NCBI GenBank assembly: GCA_964588435.1
Contig: CAZPPI010000003.1
Span: 52 to 64,051 of the forward strand
Direction of reading: 5' to 3'
DNA length: 64,000 nucleotides
From: an uncultured Gammaproteobacteria bacterium
GTDB lineage: Bacteria > Patescibacteriota > Patescibacteriia > Patescibacteriales > UBA12465
Shown one piece after another: positions 56,135 to 64,000 of this stretch. Made by a program: the position numbers and the translations under genes. Numbering within the stretch: the first letter of the stretch is position 1; each line of letters starts with the position of its first letter. The notes beneath the pieces are model-generated. The model was not told the DNA's origin. It did no database searches and saw nothing but the letters and a program-made list of their open reading frames with translations.

Positions 56135-57178
56135 TTATTTATTTTCTCTGTTAGCTTTTTTAAGACTCATAACAATTTCTTCAATTTCACCATCAAGAAT
56201 TCTAGTAATACTGTGCCAGGAAGTATTGATTCGATGGTCTGTCACTCTGTCCTGGGGGATATTGTAGGTTCTTATTTTATCGGAGCGATCGCCGCCGCCA
56301 ACTTGAATTTGGCGAGTATTAGATTCTTTTTGCCTCCTATCATCCTCTTCTTTTGCTAAAAGACGCGATCTCAAGACTTGTAAGGCTTTTTCTTTATTTT
56401 GGTGTTGTGATTTTTGGTCTTGGCAGGAGACAATCATTCCGGTTGGCAGGTGAAGGATGCGAATAGCGGAATAAGTTGTATTGACGCTTTGACCACCAGG
56501 ACCACTAGAGCAAAAAGTATCAATTCTTATATCCTGAGCCTTTATTTCAATGTCAACCTCCTCAGCTTCCGGCAAAGCAACAACAGTCGCTGTTGAGGTA
56601 TGGACTCGTCCTTGTTTTTCAGTTTCTGGCACTCTTTGGACACGATGTGTCCCAGCTTCAAATTTTAATAAACCATAAGCTCCCTCGCCTTTGACAGAAA
56701 AAATTATCTCTTTATAACCACCAATACCGATTTCACTTGCATTAATTAGTTCAAGTTTCCAAGATTTTTTTTCACAAAAACGGGCATACATCTGAAATAA
56801 ATCTCCGGCGAAAAGAGCGGCTTCGTCACCACCAGCCCCAGCTCTAATTTCGATAATTGCATTTTTTTTATCATTTGGACTGGAGGGATTTATTTCTTCT
56901 TCAATTACATCCTTTAGACTTTCTACTTTTAATTCAAGCTCACTTAAGTCAGCCTCCGCCATTTCTCTTAATTCAGGATCTCTTTCTTCATTAATAATTT
57001 GGCGACTTTGCTCTAAATGTGAACTAGTTTTTTCTAAAGATAATATTAAATCAACCGTTCTTTTTAAAGCGGCATGTTCTTGAGAGAGTTTAATCATTTC
57101 TTGTTGGCTTTGGTTGGAGCCAGATTCAATTAACTTATTTTCAAGTTTTTTAAACTTATTTTTAACTTCTTCGTACAT
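56135..57178 (-). CDS. prfA: peptide chain release factor 1
   Basis: GGQSVNTT (GGQ). RF1-type recognition loop RVPETEKQGRVHTS (PxT position). Confidence 0.9.
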   Translation of the reverse strand: MYEEVKNKFKKLENKLIESGSNQSQQEMIKLSQEHAALKRTVDLILSLEKTSSHLEQSRQIINEERDPELREMAEADLSELELKVESLKDVIEEEINPSSPNDKKNAIIEIRAGAGGDEAALFAGDLFQMYARFCEKKSWKLELINASEIGIGGYKEIIFSVKGEGAYGLLKFEAGTHRVQRVPETEKQGRVHTSTATVVALPEAEEVDIEIKAQDIRIDTFCSSGPGGQSVNTTYSAIRILHLPTGMIVSCQDQKSQHQNKEKALQVLRSRLLAKEEDDRRQKESNTRQIQVGGGDRSDKIRTYNIPQDRVTDHRINTSWHSITRILDGEIEEIVMSLKKANRENK

Positions 57179-57220
57179 AATTTTAAATTTTTTAGAGTAA
57201 TCCGACTAATTTATTATAAT

Positions 57221-57300
57221 AAAAAACAATCGGCTTTGTGTTTTCACACATAGATATTTTAGCATTAAAACACTAAAAAATCTAAGCCGATTGTTTTTTT
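57221..57300. terminator. long-loop hairpin flanked by A- and T-runs (terminator-like) between rpmE and prfA
   Basis: ACAATCGGCT (57226-57235) pairs with AGCCGATTGT (57285-57294). An inner hairpin TGTG-tttt-CACA lies at 57237-57248. An A6 run lies 5' of the stem and a T7 run 3'. Confidence 0.5.
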
Positions 57301-57308
57301 GAGTAAAG

Positions 57309-57653
57309 CTACTTCTTATCTTTTTTATTAAGTGTTACTTGAGCAATCTTTTTAAAATCTTTTTGTTTAACAATAACTTCCTTTTTAGATCTTTCAACAG
57401 CGCGAGCAGCATGTTTTACTTTTTTACCTTTCTTCTCTTTAGCAACAGCGGTTGAAGTTTTAACTTTAGTTTCAAACTTCTCAACTCTTCTAGCGCTATC
57501 TACTAATTTTTGTTTTCCAGTATAAAAAGGGTGGCAAGCAGAGCAAAGCTCAACTCTAATTTCTTTTTCAATTGAGCCGGTAGTAAAAACATTACCGCAA
57601 ACGCAGGTAACCTTACAATCGGATTCATATTTTGGGTGGATTTCTTTTTTCAT
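57309..57653 (-). CDS. rpmE: 50S ribosomal protein L31 (Zn-ribbon type) with a Lys-rich C-terminal extension
   Basis: MKKEIHPKY start, CVCGN ... [13 protein letters not shown] motifs. I take the start as the internal Met at 57653. Confidence 0.88.
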   Translation of the reverse strand: MKKEIHPKYESDCKVTCVCGNVFTTGSIEKEIRVELCSACHPFYTGKQKLVDSARRVEKFETKVKTSTAVAKEKKGKKVKHAARAVERSKKEVIVKQKDFKKIAQVTLNKKDKK

Positions 57654-57820
57654 ATCTTGTCTTATTAGCACACAAAAAGAAAATTTTATTTAAAATAAAA
57701 TTTATCTGTTAATTATTTATATTTTATGTTAACATTATTCTATCATAAGTTTTTAATTTTAGCAAGACTGGAGGCTGAATTTAAGACTTTTTTAATTTTT
57801 TCTGATATTTTTGATAAATT

Positions 57821-59260
57821 ATGAATAAAATTGCTAATATTGCTAAAAATACTTCATATTTGACTTTAGCCTTGATATTGCAGAAAATAATATCTTTTTC
57901 TTATTTTACTCTTTTAGCTAGATTTGTTGGTCCAGCGTTTTTGGGTAAATATTATTTAGCGATTTCTTTAACGACTATTTTTGCGATTTTTATTGATTTA
58001 GGTTTGGCTAATGTTTTAACGAGAGAAGTAGCAAAAAAAGATAAAGAACCCTCAATTTGGCTTGGTAATATTTTAGCTTTAAAAATACCTCTGACTTTAT
58101 TAACTCTTTTGGCTTTAGTAATTTTAGTCGGACTTTTAGGTTATGATAGTTTAACTAAGACCCTAGTTTATGTTTCCGCTATTTCTATGGTTTTAGACTC
58201 TTTTACTAATAGTTTTTTTGCTACCAGTCGCGGTTGTCATAATTTAAAATTTGAGAGCATTGCTTCAGTTGTTTTTCAATTAATAGTTTTAGTCTTTGGT
58301 TACGGAGCCCTACTTTTAGGTGGAGGTTTAATCTGGGCGATGTTGGCCCTTGCTTTGGCTAGCGTTTTTAATTTTTTCTACTCTTTAAGTATTGTTTATT
58401 TTAAACTTAAAATAAAGATAAAATTAATTTGGGATTCAGTTTTCGCTAAAGATTTGATTAAAATTGCTTGGCCCTTTGCCTTATTTGCAATTTTTCAAAG
58501 ATTCTATACTTATCTTGACTCAGTTTTTCTTTCAATTTTTTCTGGTGATGAGCAAGTTGGCCTTTATCAAGTCGCTTTTAAAATAATTTTTGCCTTGCAA
58601 TTTCTACCACTAGCATTTACGGCCTCGCTTTATCCCGCTTTAAGCTCATATTGGCGTCATAATCGTGAACAATTAGCTACTACTTTTGAAAGGGCTATTA
58701 ATTATCTAACCATAATTTCTTTACCAATTATTGTCGGCGTTTTTTTGTTAGCGGATAAGATTGTTTTATTATTTAAAGATGATTATAGTGCGGCCGCTTG
58801 GCCTTTAAAAATTTCTATAATTTCTTTATTTTTTATTTTTCTTAACTTTCCCGTTGGCTCTTTGCTTAACGCTTGTGATGCTCAAAAAAGAAACACGAGA
58901 AACATGATTATTGTTACCTTTAGCAGTGTTGCTTTGAATTTAATTTTAATTTCACAGTTTCAAGCTCTCGGCGCTTCTTGGGTTGTTCTTCTGACAAACT
59001 TTTTGATGTTTATTTTAGGAATGAGAGAGGCTAAAAAGATTATTGGTTCTTGGCGAAAGAGTATTTTTTTAATTTTCTTTAAGGCTTTATTTGCTTCGTT
59101 ATTGATGGGCGTTGGTGTTTATTTAGGGGCTAATTATATAAATATTTTTCTTTTAACAGTAATTTCTGCTTTTGTCTATTTTTTGTTTCTCTATCTTCTT
59201 GGTGGCTTAAGTAAAACTGATATTATGAGTATTAAAGATTCTTTCTTAAAAAAAATTTAA
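57821..59260 (+). CDS. polysaccharide flippase, MOP/Wzx family
   Basis: About 12-14 TM segments in the typical Wzx layout, within a glycan-cluster context. No single diagnostic motif. Confidence 0.65.
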   Translation: MNKIANIAKNTSYLTLALILQKIISFSYFTLLARFVGPAFLGKYYLAISLTTIFAIFIDLGLANVLTREVAKKDKEPSIWLGNILALKIPLTLLTLLALVILVGLLGYDSLTKTLVYVSAISMVLDSFTNSFFATSRGCHNLKFESIASVVFQLIVLVFGYGALLLGGGLIWAMLALALASVFNFFYSLSIVYFKLKIKIKLIWDSVFAKDLIKIAWPFALFAIFQRFYTYLDSVFLSIFSGDEQVGLYQVAFKIIFALQFLPLAFTASLYPALSSYWRHNREQLATTFERAINYLTIISLPIIVGVFLLADKIVLLFKDDYSAAAWPLKISIISLFFIFLNFPVGSLLNACDAQKRNTRNMIIVTFSSVALNLILISQFQALGASWVVLLTNFLMFILGMREAKKIIGSWRKSIFLIFFKALFASLLMGVGVYLGANYINIFLLTVISAFVYFLFLYLLGGLSKTDIMSIKDSFLKKI

Positions 59261-59271
59261 AAAATTTAACT

Positions 59272-60360
59272 ATGAATATACGAACTCTTTTAGTAACCAA
59301 AGAATATCCACCATTTAAAGGTGGTATAGCAAATTATTATTATAATTTGGCCAGTCATTTTCCTTATCATGAAACCTTTTTAGTTTTAGAAAACAATGAC
59401 TCTAAACTTGATTCTGGCAGAGGCTTTTTTTCTTGGCGTCATGCTTTTAGTGAGATATATTGGAAAATAAAAAATGCTAAGATTAATCGAGTTTTAGTTG
59501 GTCATATTTTACCGCTTGGTACCGTTGTTTATTTTTTGTCTTTTATTCTTCCTTTTAAATATTTTGTTTTTCTTCATGGACTTGATTTAAGTTCAGCTTT
59601 AAAAATCCCGCGGAAGAGAAAAATTGCGGCTCTAATTTTAAAACGAGCGGAAAAGGTAATCGCCGCCAATTCTTTTGTCTCTTTTAATTTGTTACAAACA
59701 CTGCCTGATCTTAGAGGAAGAGTTGTGGTAATTAATCCAGGACTTCCTAAAGATCATCCTTTTGTTTCTGATAAAGAAAAAGGAGCCTTGAAAGATGAAT
59801 ATAATTTAAATAATAAGACGGTTTTGTTTAGTCTTGGGCGTCTAGTTAAAAGAAAAGGTTTTGATTATACGATTGAAGCCCTAAAAAAAATGAGTAGCGA
59901 AGATTTAGAAAATTTAATTTATGTTATCGCCGGCACTGGTCCGGAGAGCGAGAGCTTAAGAGCTTTGGTGCCGGATAATTTAAGAAATAAAATTTTGTTT
60001 TTAGGTGAAATTAGTGAAGATTTAAAGTGGCAATGGTTAGCAATTTGTGATATATTTATTATGCCAGCTCGAGATATCGATGGTGATTATGAAGGTTTTG
60101 GCATTGTTTATCTTGAAGCTAATTTATTCTCAAAGCCTGTTATTGCTGGTCGGGCGGGTGGAGTTATCGACGCAGTTATTGATGGTTTAAATGGGCTTTT
60201 AGTTAATCCAGAAAATGTTGATGATATTAAAGAAGCAGTTTTAAAATTAAAAAATAATCCAGATTTAGCTGTTAAACTAGGGGAAGCGGGTCGAGAAAGA
60301 GTGCAAGCAAATTTTAATTGGGAAAAGTTAGCTTTTGATTTGTACCAAGCGATAAAATAA
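59272..60360 (+). CDS. glycosyltransferase, GT4 family
   Basis: YEGFGIVYLEANLFSKPVIAGRAGGVIDAV motif. Confidence 0.8.
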   Translation: MNIRTLLVTKEYPPFKGGIANYYYNLASHFPYHETFLVLENNDSKLDSGRGFFSWRHAFSEIYWKIKNAKINRVLVGHILPLGTVVYFLSFILPFKYFVFLHGLDLSSALKIPRKRKIAALILKRAEKVIAANSFVSFNLLQTLPDLRGRVVVINPGLPKDHPFVSDKEKGALKDEYNLNNKTVLFSLGRLVKRKGFDYTIEALKKMSSEDLENLIYVIAGTGPESESLRALVPDNLRNKILFLGEISEDLKWQWLAICDIFIMPARDIDGDYEGFGIVYLEANLFSKPVIAGRAGGVIDAVIDGLNGLLVNPENVDDIKEAVLKLKNNPDLAVKLGEAGRERVQANFNWEKLAFDLYQAIK

Positions 60361-60366
60361 ATTTCT

Positions 60367-61077
60367 ATGATTTCTATAATTATTCCAGTCTATAATCAGG
60401 CTGATAAAATTAGCAAAACTTTGAAAAGTATTGAGGGTCAGAGTTTCCGCGACTATGAAGTTATTATTGTTAATGATGGTTCAACTGATGGTGTTGACGA
60501 GGTTGTTGGCAGTTTTACGAAAAGTAGTAAAGACGAAAATAATTATTTATTTATTAATCAAGAAAATAAGGGTGCGCCGGCGGCACGAAATCGTGGTTTT
60601 AGAGAGGCGAGTGGTGAGTTTTTATTTTTTTGTGATGCTGACGCAGTTTTGAAACCAGATGCCTTAGAACATCTTTTTAAAGCCCTGGAAGATAATTTGG
60701 AAGCTGCCTATGCTTATTCTTCTTTTTATTGGGGAAGGAAGCTGTTTAAAATTGGTTTAGTTGATGAGCAGAAATTGAAATCTGGACCCTGTATTCACAC
60801 AATGTCTTTAGTTAGGTTAAGAGATTTTCCTGATGGAGGTTGGGATGAAAGTATTAAAAAATTTCAGGATTGGGATCTTTGGCTTAGCATTTTAATGACC
60901 AAGGGTCGGCTCGGTGTTTTTGTTGATAGAATTCTATTTACTGTTAGTCCTGGCGGAACAATAAGTTCCTGGCTGCCCTCCTTTACTTATAAATTATTAC
61001 CCTTTTTACCAAAAGTAAAAAGATATAAAGAAGCACTTAGAATAGTTAAAGAAAAACATGGCATATTCTTTAAATAA
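60367..61077 (+). CDS. glycosyltransferase, GT2 family
   Basis: ISIIIPVYNQ, VNDGSTDG, GAPAARNRG and FCDADA (DxD) motifs. Confidence 0.8.
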   Translation: MISIIIPVYNQADKISKTLKSIEGQSFRDYEVIIVNDGSTDGVDEVVGSFTKSSKDENNYLFINQENKGAPAARNRGFREASGEFLFFCDADAVLKPDALEHLFKALEDNLEAAYAYSSFYWGRKLFKIGLVDEQKLKSGPCIHTMSLVRLRDFPDGGWDESIKKFQDWDLWLSILMTKGRLGVFVDRILFTVSPGGTISSWLPSFTYKLLPFLPKVKRYKEALRIVKEKHGIFFK

Positions 61078-61600
61078 AAAAATTATCACAATATTTTTTC
61101 TTTTTATAGTTGTGTTATTTTTGGGATTGTTGATTCTTTTAGGTTTTATTTATTTCTCCCATAATCAGGGGGAACCTGTTAATAATTCTTTTCGTAATAG
61201 AATTCTTGAATTTTCTGCTGGCAAAGATTATAGTATAGTTTCTCTAAAAATTGCTGAAAAAATAATTGAAACAGAATTAGTTTTTAGTTCGGAGGCGATG
61301 TATCTTGGTCTTTCTGGCCGCGATAGTTTAGCCCCTAATAAAGGAATGTTATTTGTTTTTAATGACTATGGACATCGGAAGTTCTTAATGAGAAATATGA
61401 ACTTTCCGCTTGATATAGTTTTTCTTAAGAACGGGGAAGTGGTTAAAATTTTTTCTAATTTAGCCCCCGAAGGAGAATCACCTAAGAATATTTATCAATA
61501 TGGATTAGCGGATATGGTGATTGAGCTACCAGGAAATTATTTTAAGAATAATAATTTGCACGAAGGAATGACTTTTGAATTAGTTAACTCTGAAACCTAA
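61058..61600 (+). CDS. DUF192-family protein (membrane-anchored)
   Basis: N-terminal TM. GMLFVF ... MRNMNFPLDIVFL ... VIELP pattern typical of DUF192/COG1430 (from memory). Confidence 0.6.
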   Translation: MAYSLNKKIITIFFLFIVVLFLGLLILLGFIYFSHNQGEPVNNSFRNRILEFSAGKDYSIVSLKIAEKIIETELVFSSEAMYLGLSGRDSLAPNKGMLFVFNDYGHRKFLMRNMNFPLDIVFLKNGEVVKIFSNLAPEGESPKNIYQYGLADMVIELPGNYFKNNNLHEGMTFELVNSET

Positions 61601-61630
61601 TATATTTTATTTTTAATTTTTATAAACAGA

Positions 61631-63229
61631 ATGTTAATGAATAGATTGGAATGGCGAAAAGGTTTAGCTTTAGGGCTTATAATTTTGACTTTAGAGATTT
61701 TGTCTTATTTGGCTTTTTCTCTACCAAGTTTTTCTCTACCAATTTTTATTTTTGTTGCTTTTGCTTTCCTAATGATTGCAATTTATAAAATTGAATATGC
61801 TTTGCTCTTTTCTTTTGCTGAGTTAATTATTGGTTCTATGGGCCATTTATTTTTTCTCGAATTAGGAGATTTTCGTCTTTCTATTAGGATTATTTTTTGG
61901 TTAATAATTATTTTAGTTTTTTCTTTAAAATTTTTATTGCAATTTATTAAACAAAAAAAGGAATCGCCTTATTTTGAAAGAATTAAGAATTTTGGTTTTT
62001 TGAATATTTTTGCTTTTTTGGGTCTAGTTGTAATTTTTAGTTTTATTAGGGGATTACTAGCTGGGACGCCTTTAGTGGTGGTGGTTAATGATTTTAATTC
62101 TTGGCTTTTCTTTTTGTTGATTTTTCCATTTTTAGCTTTGATTGATTTTAGAAACAAAAATCTTGTTTCTAATTTAAAAGTAATTTTATTTACTTCAATT
62201 ATTTGGCTTAGTTTAAAAACTTTATTTTTATTAGCAGTTTTTTCGCATAATTTAAGTTTTGCGCCTGAGATTTATTCTTGGCTCAGAAAAACCTTGGTTG
62301 GGGAGATAACGGCGGGGGTTTGGCCGAGAATTTTTATCCAAAGCCAAATTTTTTCTGGGGCGGCTTTTTTTATTTTTTTTGTTCTAGCTCAATTCTCGCT
62401 TAAAAAGGGAGACTCAACTTTATTAACTCAGACTAAAAATTTCAAGGTTTGTCTTAATAATTTTTTAAGCCGAGATAATTTAATTTTAATTTTTTTATCA
62501 GCCTTAACTTTTAGTACAATAATTTTAAGTTTTTCCCGTTCTTTTTGGCTGGCCTTTACTTTAGTTATTATTTTGTCTTTAATTTTAATCTGGCGTTTTT
62601 ATAATTTTAAAGAAGTTATAAAATCTTTAGTTTGGCTTATTATTTCTTTTATTATTAGTTTTATTTTAATTTATTTAATCACAATTTTACCACTTTCTGG
62701 GTTTAATTCTGCTAATTTAAGCAGGGGTTTAAGTGAAAGATTAAGTCAAGATCTATCTGAGCCGGCTCTGGCCTCGCGGTGGTCCTTGCTTCCGGTTTTA
62801 TGGTCAGAAATTAAAGAGGCGCCCTTATTAGGCAAAGGTTTTGGCGCAGAAATTACTTATATTTCCAGTGATTATCGGGTTTTAGAAAGAAATCCGAGTG
62901 GGGAATATAAAACTTCTGCCTTTGAATGGGGTTATCTTGATATTTGGTTAAAAATAGGTCTTTTAGGGCTATTAGGTTATTTAGTTTTGTTATTAAAAGT
63001 TATTTTTAGTGCTTTTAAATTTGGCTTAGATCAAGGTGGTCTTTATCTGGGATTGGGTTTAGCTTTAGTATTTCTTGCTATTGTTCATCTTTTTACCCCC
63101 TATCTCAATCATCCCTTAGGAATTGGTCTACTTATTGTTTGTGCTTGTATAATTTATGAAAATAAAGTATATTTAATTAGAAAAAATAGAATAAAAATAA
63201 ATTACAATAATTTTGAAAACTATGAATGA
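61631..63229 (+). CDS. O-antigen ligase/polymerase-like (Wzy_C-type) polytopic membrane protein
   Basis: At least 10 TM segments, a SFSRSFWLAF motif and a periplasmic-loop-like segment (RWSLLPVLWSEIKEAPLLGKGFG). Confidence 0.6.
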   Translation: MLMNRLEWRKGLALGLIILTLEILSYLAFSLPSFSLPIFIFVAFAFLMIAIYKIEYALLFSFAELIIGSMGHLFFLELGDFRLSIRIIFWLIIILVFSLKFLLQFIKQKKESPYFERIKNFGFLNIFAFLGLVVIFSFIRGLLAGTPLVVVVNDFNSWLFFLLIFPFLALIDFRNKNLVSNLKVILFTSIIWLSLKTLFLLAVFSHNLSFAPEIYSWLRKTLVGEITAGVWPRIFIQSQIFSGAAFFIFFVLAQFSLKKGDSTLLTQTKNFKVCLNNFLSRDNLILIFLSALTFSTIILSFSRSFWLAFTLVIILSLILIWRFYNFKEVIKSLVWLIISFIISFILIYLITILPLSGFNSANLSRGLSERLSQDLSEPALASRWSLLPVLWSEIKEAPLLGKGFGAEITYISSDYRVLERNPSGEYKTSAFEWGYLDIWLKIGLLGLLGYLVLLLKVIFSAFKFGLDQGGLYLGLGLALVFLAIVHLFTPYLNHPLGIGLLIVCACIIYENKVYLIRKNRIKINYNNFENYE

Positions 63230-63680
63230 TCAAATCATTTCTCAAGAGGGTTATGACAAATTAAAAGAAGAGCTTGATAATTTAACAATCGTTAAAAGAA
63301 AGGAAATCGCTGAGCGAATCGAAAGAGCAAAAGAGCTTGGTGATTTAAGCGAAAACGCTGAATATAGCGAAGCTAAAGACGCTCAGGCTCTTAATGAAGG
63401 AAAAATATTAGAGTTAATGGGTATTTTAAAGAATGTTACTGTAGTTGAAACTGTTAATGGTGGTAATGAGGTTTTAATGGGTTCAAAGGTAACAGTCAAA
63501 TCTGATAAAGGTGAAAAAGAATATGCAATTGTTAGTTTTAATGAGGCTGACCCTTTAACTGGTAAAATTTCCAATGAATCACCACTTGGCGTTGCTTTTT
63601 TGCACAAGAAAAAAGGTGATACGGTTGAGGTTGAAACTCCAAGGGGAGTTGTTAAGTATAAAATAATGAAGATTGAATAA
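63213..63680 (+). CDS. greA: transcription elongation factor GreA
   Basis: GYDKLKEEL..., AKELGDLSENAEYSEAKDAQ and SPLGVAFLHKKKGD motifs. An alternative start lies at 63222. Confidence 0.92.
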   Translation: MKTMNDQIISQEGYDKLKEELDNLTIVKRKEIAERIERAKELGDLSENAEYSEAKDAQALNEGKILELMGILKNVTVVETVNGGNEVLMGSKVTVKSDKGEKEYAIVSFNEADPLTGKISNESPLGVAFLHKKKGDTVEVETPRGVVKYKIMKIE

Positions 63681-63695
63681 ATTAAGGATAAATTT

Positions 63696-64000
63696 ATGAA
63701 GGATGAAAACAATAATCGAGCAGCTGAAGCTGAGCTTAAAATAAATACTGCGAGCGAGCGCGATGACCGTTTACATAAACTTGAAGAATTAAAAAAGCTT
63801 GGATTAAATCCTTATCCAGCTAAAGTTGAAAGAGATTCTACCAATCTTGAAGTTTTAAATAATTTTGAAAAATTAGAATCAGAAGCTAAGACTCTTAATT
63901 TAGTTGGTCGTTTAAGAGCAAAAAGGGCTCATGGAAATTTAGCTTTTTCTAATTTGCAAGATGAGAGCGCAACGATTCAAATTGCTTTTTCCAAAAAAGA
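63696..64000 (+). CDS. lysS: lysine--tRNA ligase (class II), 5' fragment running off the window
   Basis: The translation MKDENNNRAAE...RLHKLEELKKLGLNPYPAKVERD...LVGRLRAKRAHGNLAFSNLQDESATIQIAF matches the LysRS N-terminal anticodon-binding OB region. Confidence 0.8.
   Translation, partial: MKDENNNRAAEAELKINTASERDDRLHKLEELKKLGLNPYPAKVERDSTNLEVLNNFEKLESEAKTLNLVGRLRAKRAHGNLAFSNLQDESATIQIAFSKK

Noticed and set aside
57654-57671. Upstream Met (MLIRQD) as the start of rpmE.
   Set aside because: L31 proteins begin MKK(D/E)IHP. The internal Met at 57653 reproduces that start.
103-63712. About 35 short ORFs (60-140 aa) in the six-frame track that lie inside or antisense to longer genes, e.g. 103-285(-), 2691-2879(-), 3139-3402(+), 5294-5524(+), 6800-7015(+), 21180-21470(-), 45431-45684(-), 46839-47255(-), 55492-55833(+), 63383-63712(-).
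   Set aside because: Each is fully nested in, or antisense to, a longer ORF with clear family motifs. Their translations are low-complexity (Ile/Leu/Lys/Phe/Ser-rich), as expected from AT-rich DNA read out of frame. None has an RBS or promoter context.
1-64000. Alternative genetic code, i.e. UGA read as Gly or Trp as in some candidate phyla and Mollicutes.
   Set aside because: Several well-defined genes end at TGA at the expected protein length (e.g. 8796, 18360, 40599). No conserved gene needs read-through of an in-frame TGA.
1-64000. CRISPR arrays, transposases, integrases, prophage or known defense-system genes.
   Set aside because: I saw no spaced direct-repeat array and no ORF with transposase, integrase, RT, nuclease-helicase or other defense hallmarks. 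tRNA-Leu has no flanking direct repeat or integrase.

Overview
The window is visibly AT-rich (GC not computed), very gene-dense and mostly on the + strand, with short intergenic gaps and frequent start/stop overlaps. Gene content and style look like a streamlined Patescibacteria/CPR-type bacterium; this is an inference from hallmark proteins, not a database result. UGA acts as a stop codon, so the standard bacterial code applies.

Confidently recognisable content:
- A partial dcw cluster: mraZ-rsmH-ftsL-ftsI-murF.
- Translation and RNA genes: cysS, a lysS 5' fragment, mnmA, dus, tgt-like, rlmN, prfA, prmC, rpmE, rplY, greA, RNase P RNA and tRNA-Leu(CAA).
- Replication and segregation genes: parA, parB, dnaE.
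- Three glycolytic genes: a short pyruvate kinase, enolase and a class-I aldolase.
- A large investment in cell-surface glycan genes: a priming phosphotransferase, about seven GT4/GT2 glycosyltransferases, rfbD, an rfbA-like gene, a UXS-like gene, a Wzx-like flippase, a Wzy/WaaL-like membrane protein, and a GT-C-like TPR membrane protein.

I saw no CRISPR array, transposase, integrase, reverse transcriptase or prophage signature.

The most interesting unexplained content:
1. A tightly packed envelope module at 27695-34958: an orphan membrane protein, a GT4, a DUF4012-type protein and an Ig-like-repeat protein.
2. Just upstream of it, a protein with sigma-70 region 4 plus a HARE-HTH domain but no sigma region 2.
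3. A 1307-aa exported mosaic protein combining a permuted NlpC/P60-like amidase, two lamin-tail domains and two LamG-like domains.
4. A TGT homolog that has lost all four zinc ligands.
5. A pyruvate kinase with no C-terminal domain.
6. Several orphan proteins with one transmembrane helix and a low-complexity cytoplasmic tail.

All functional calls rest on motif recognition by eye. None has been verified by search.
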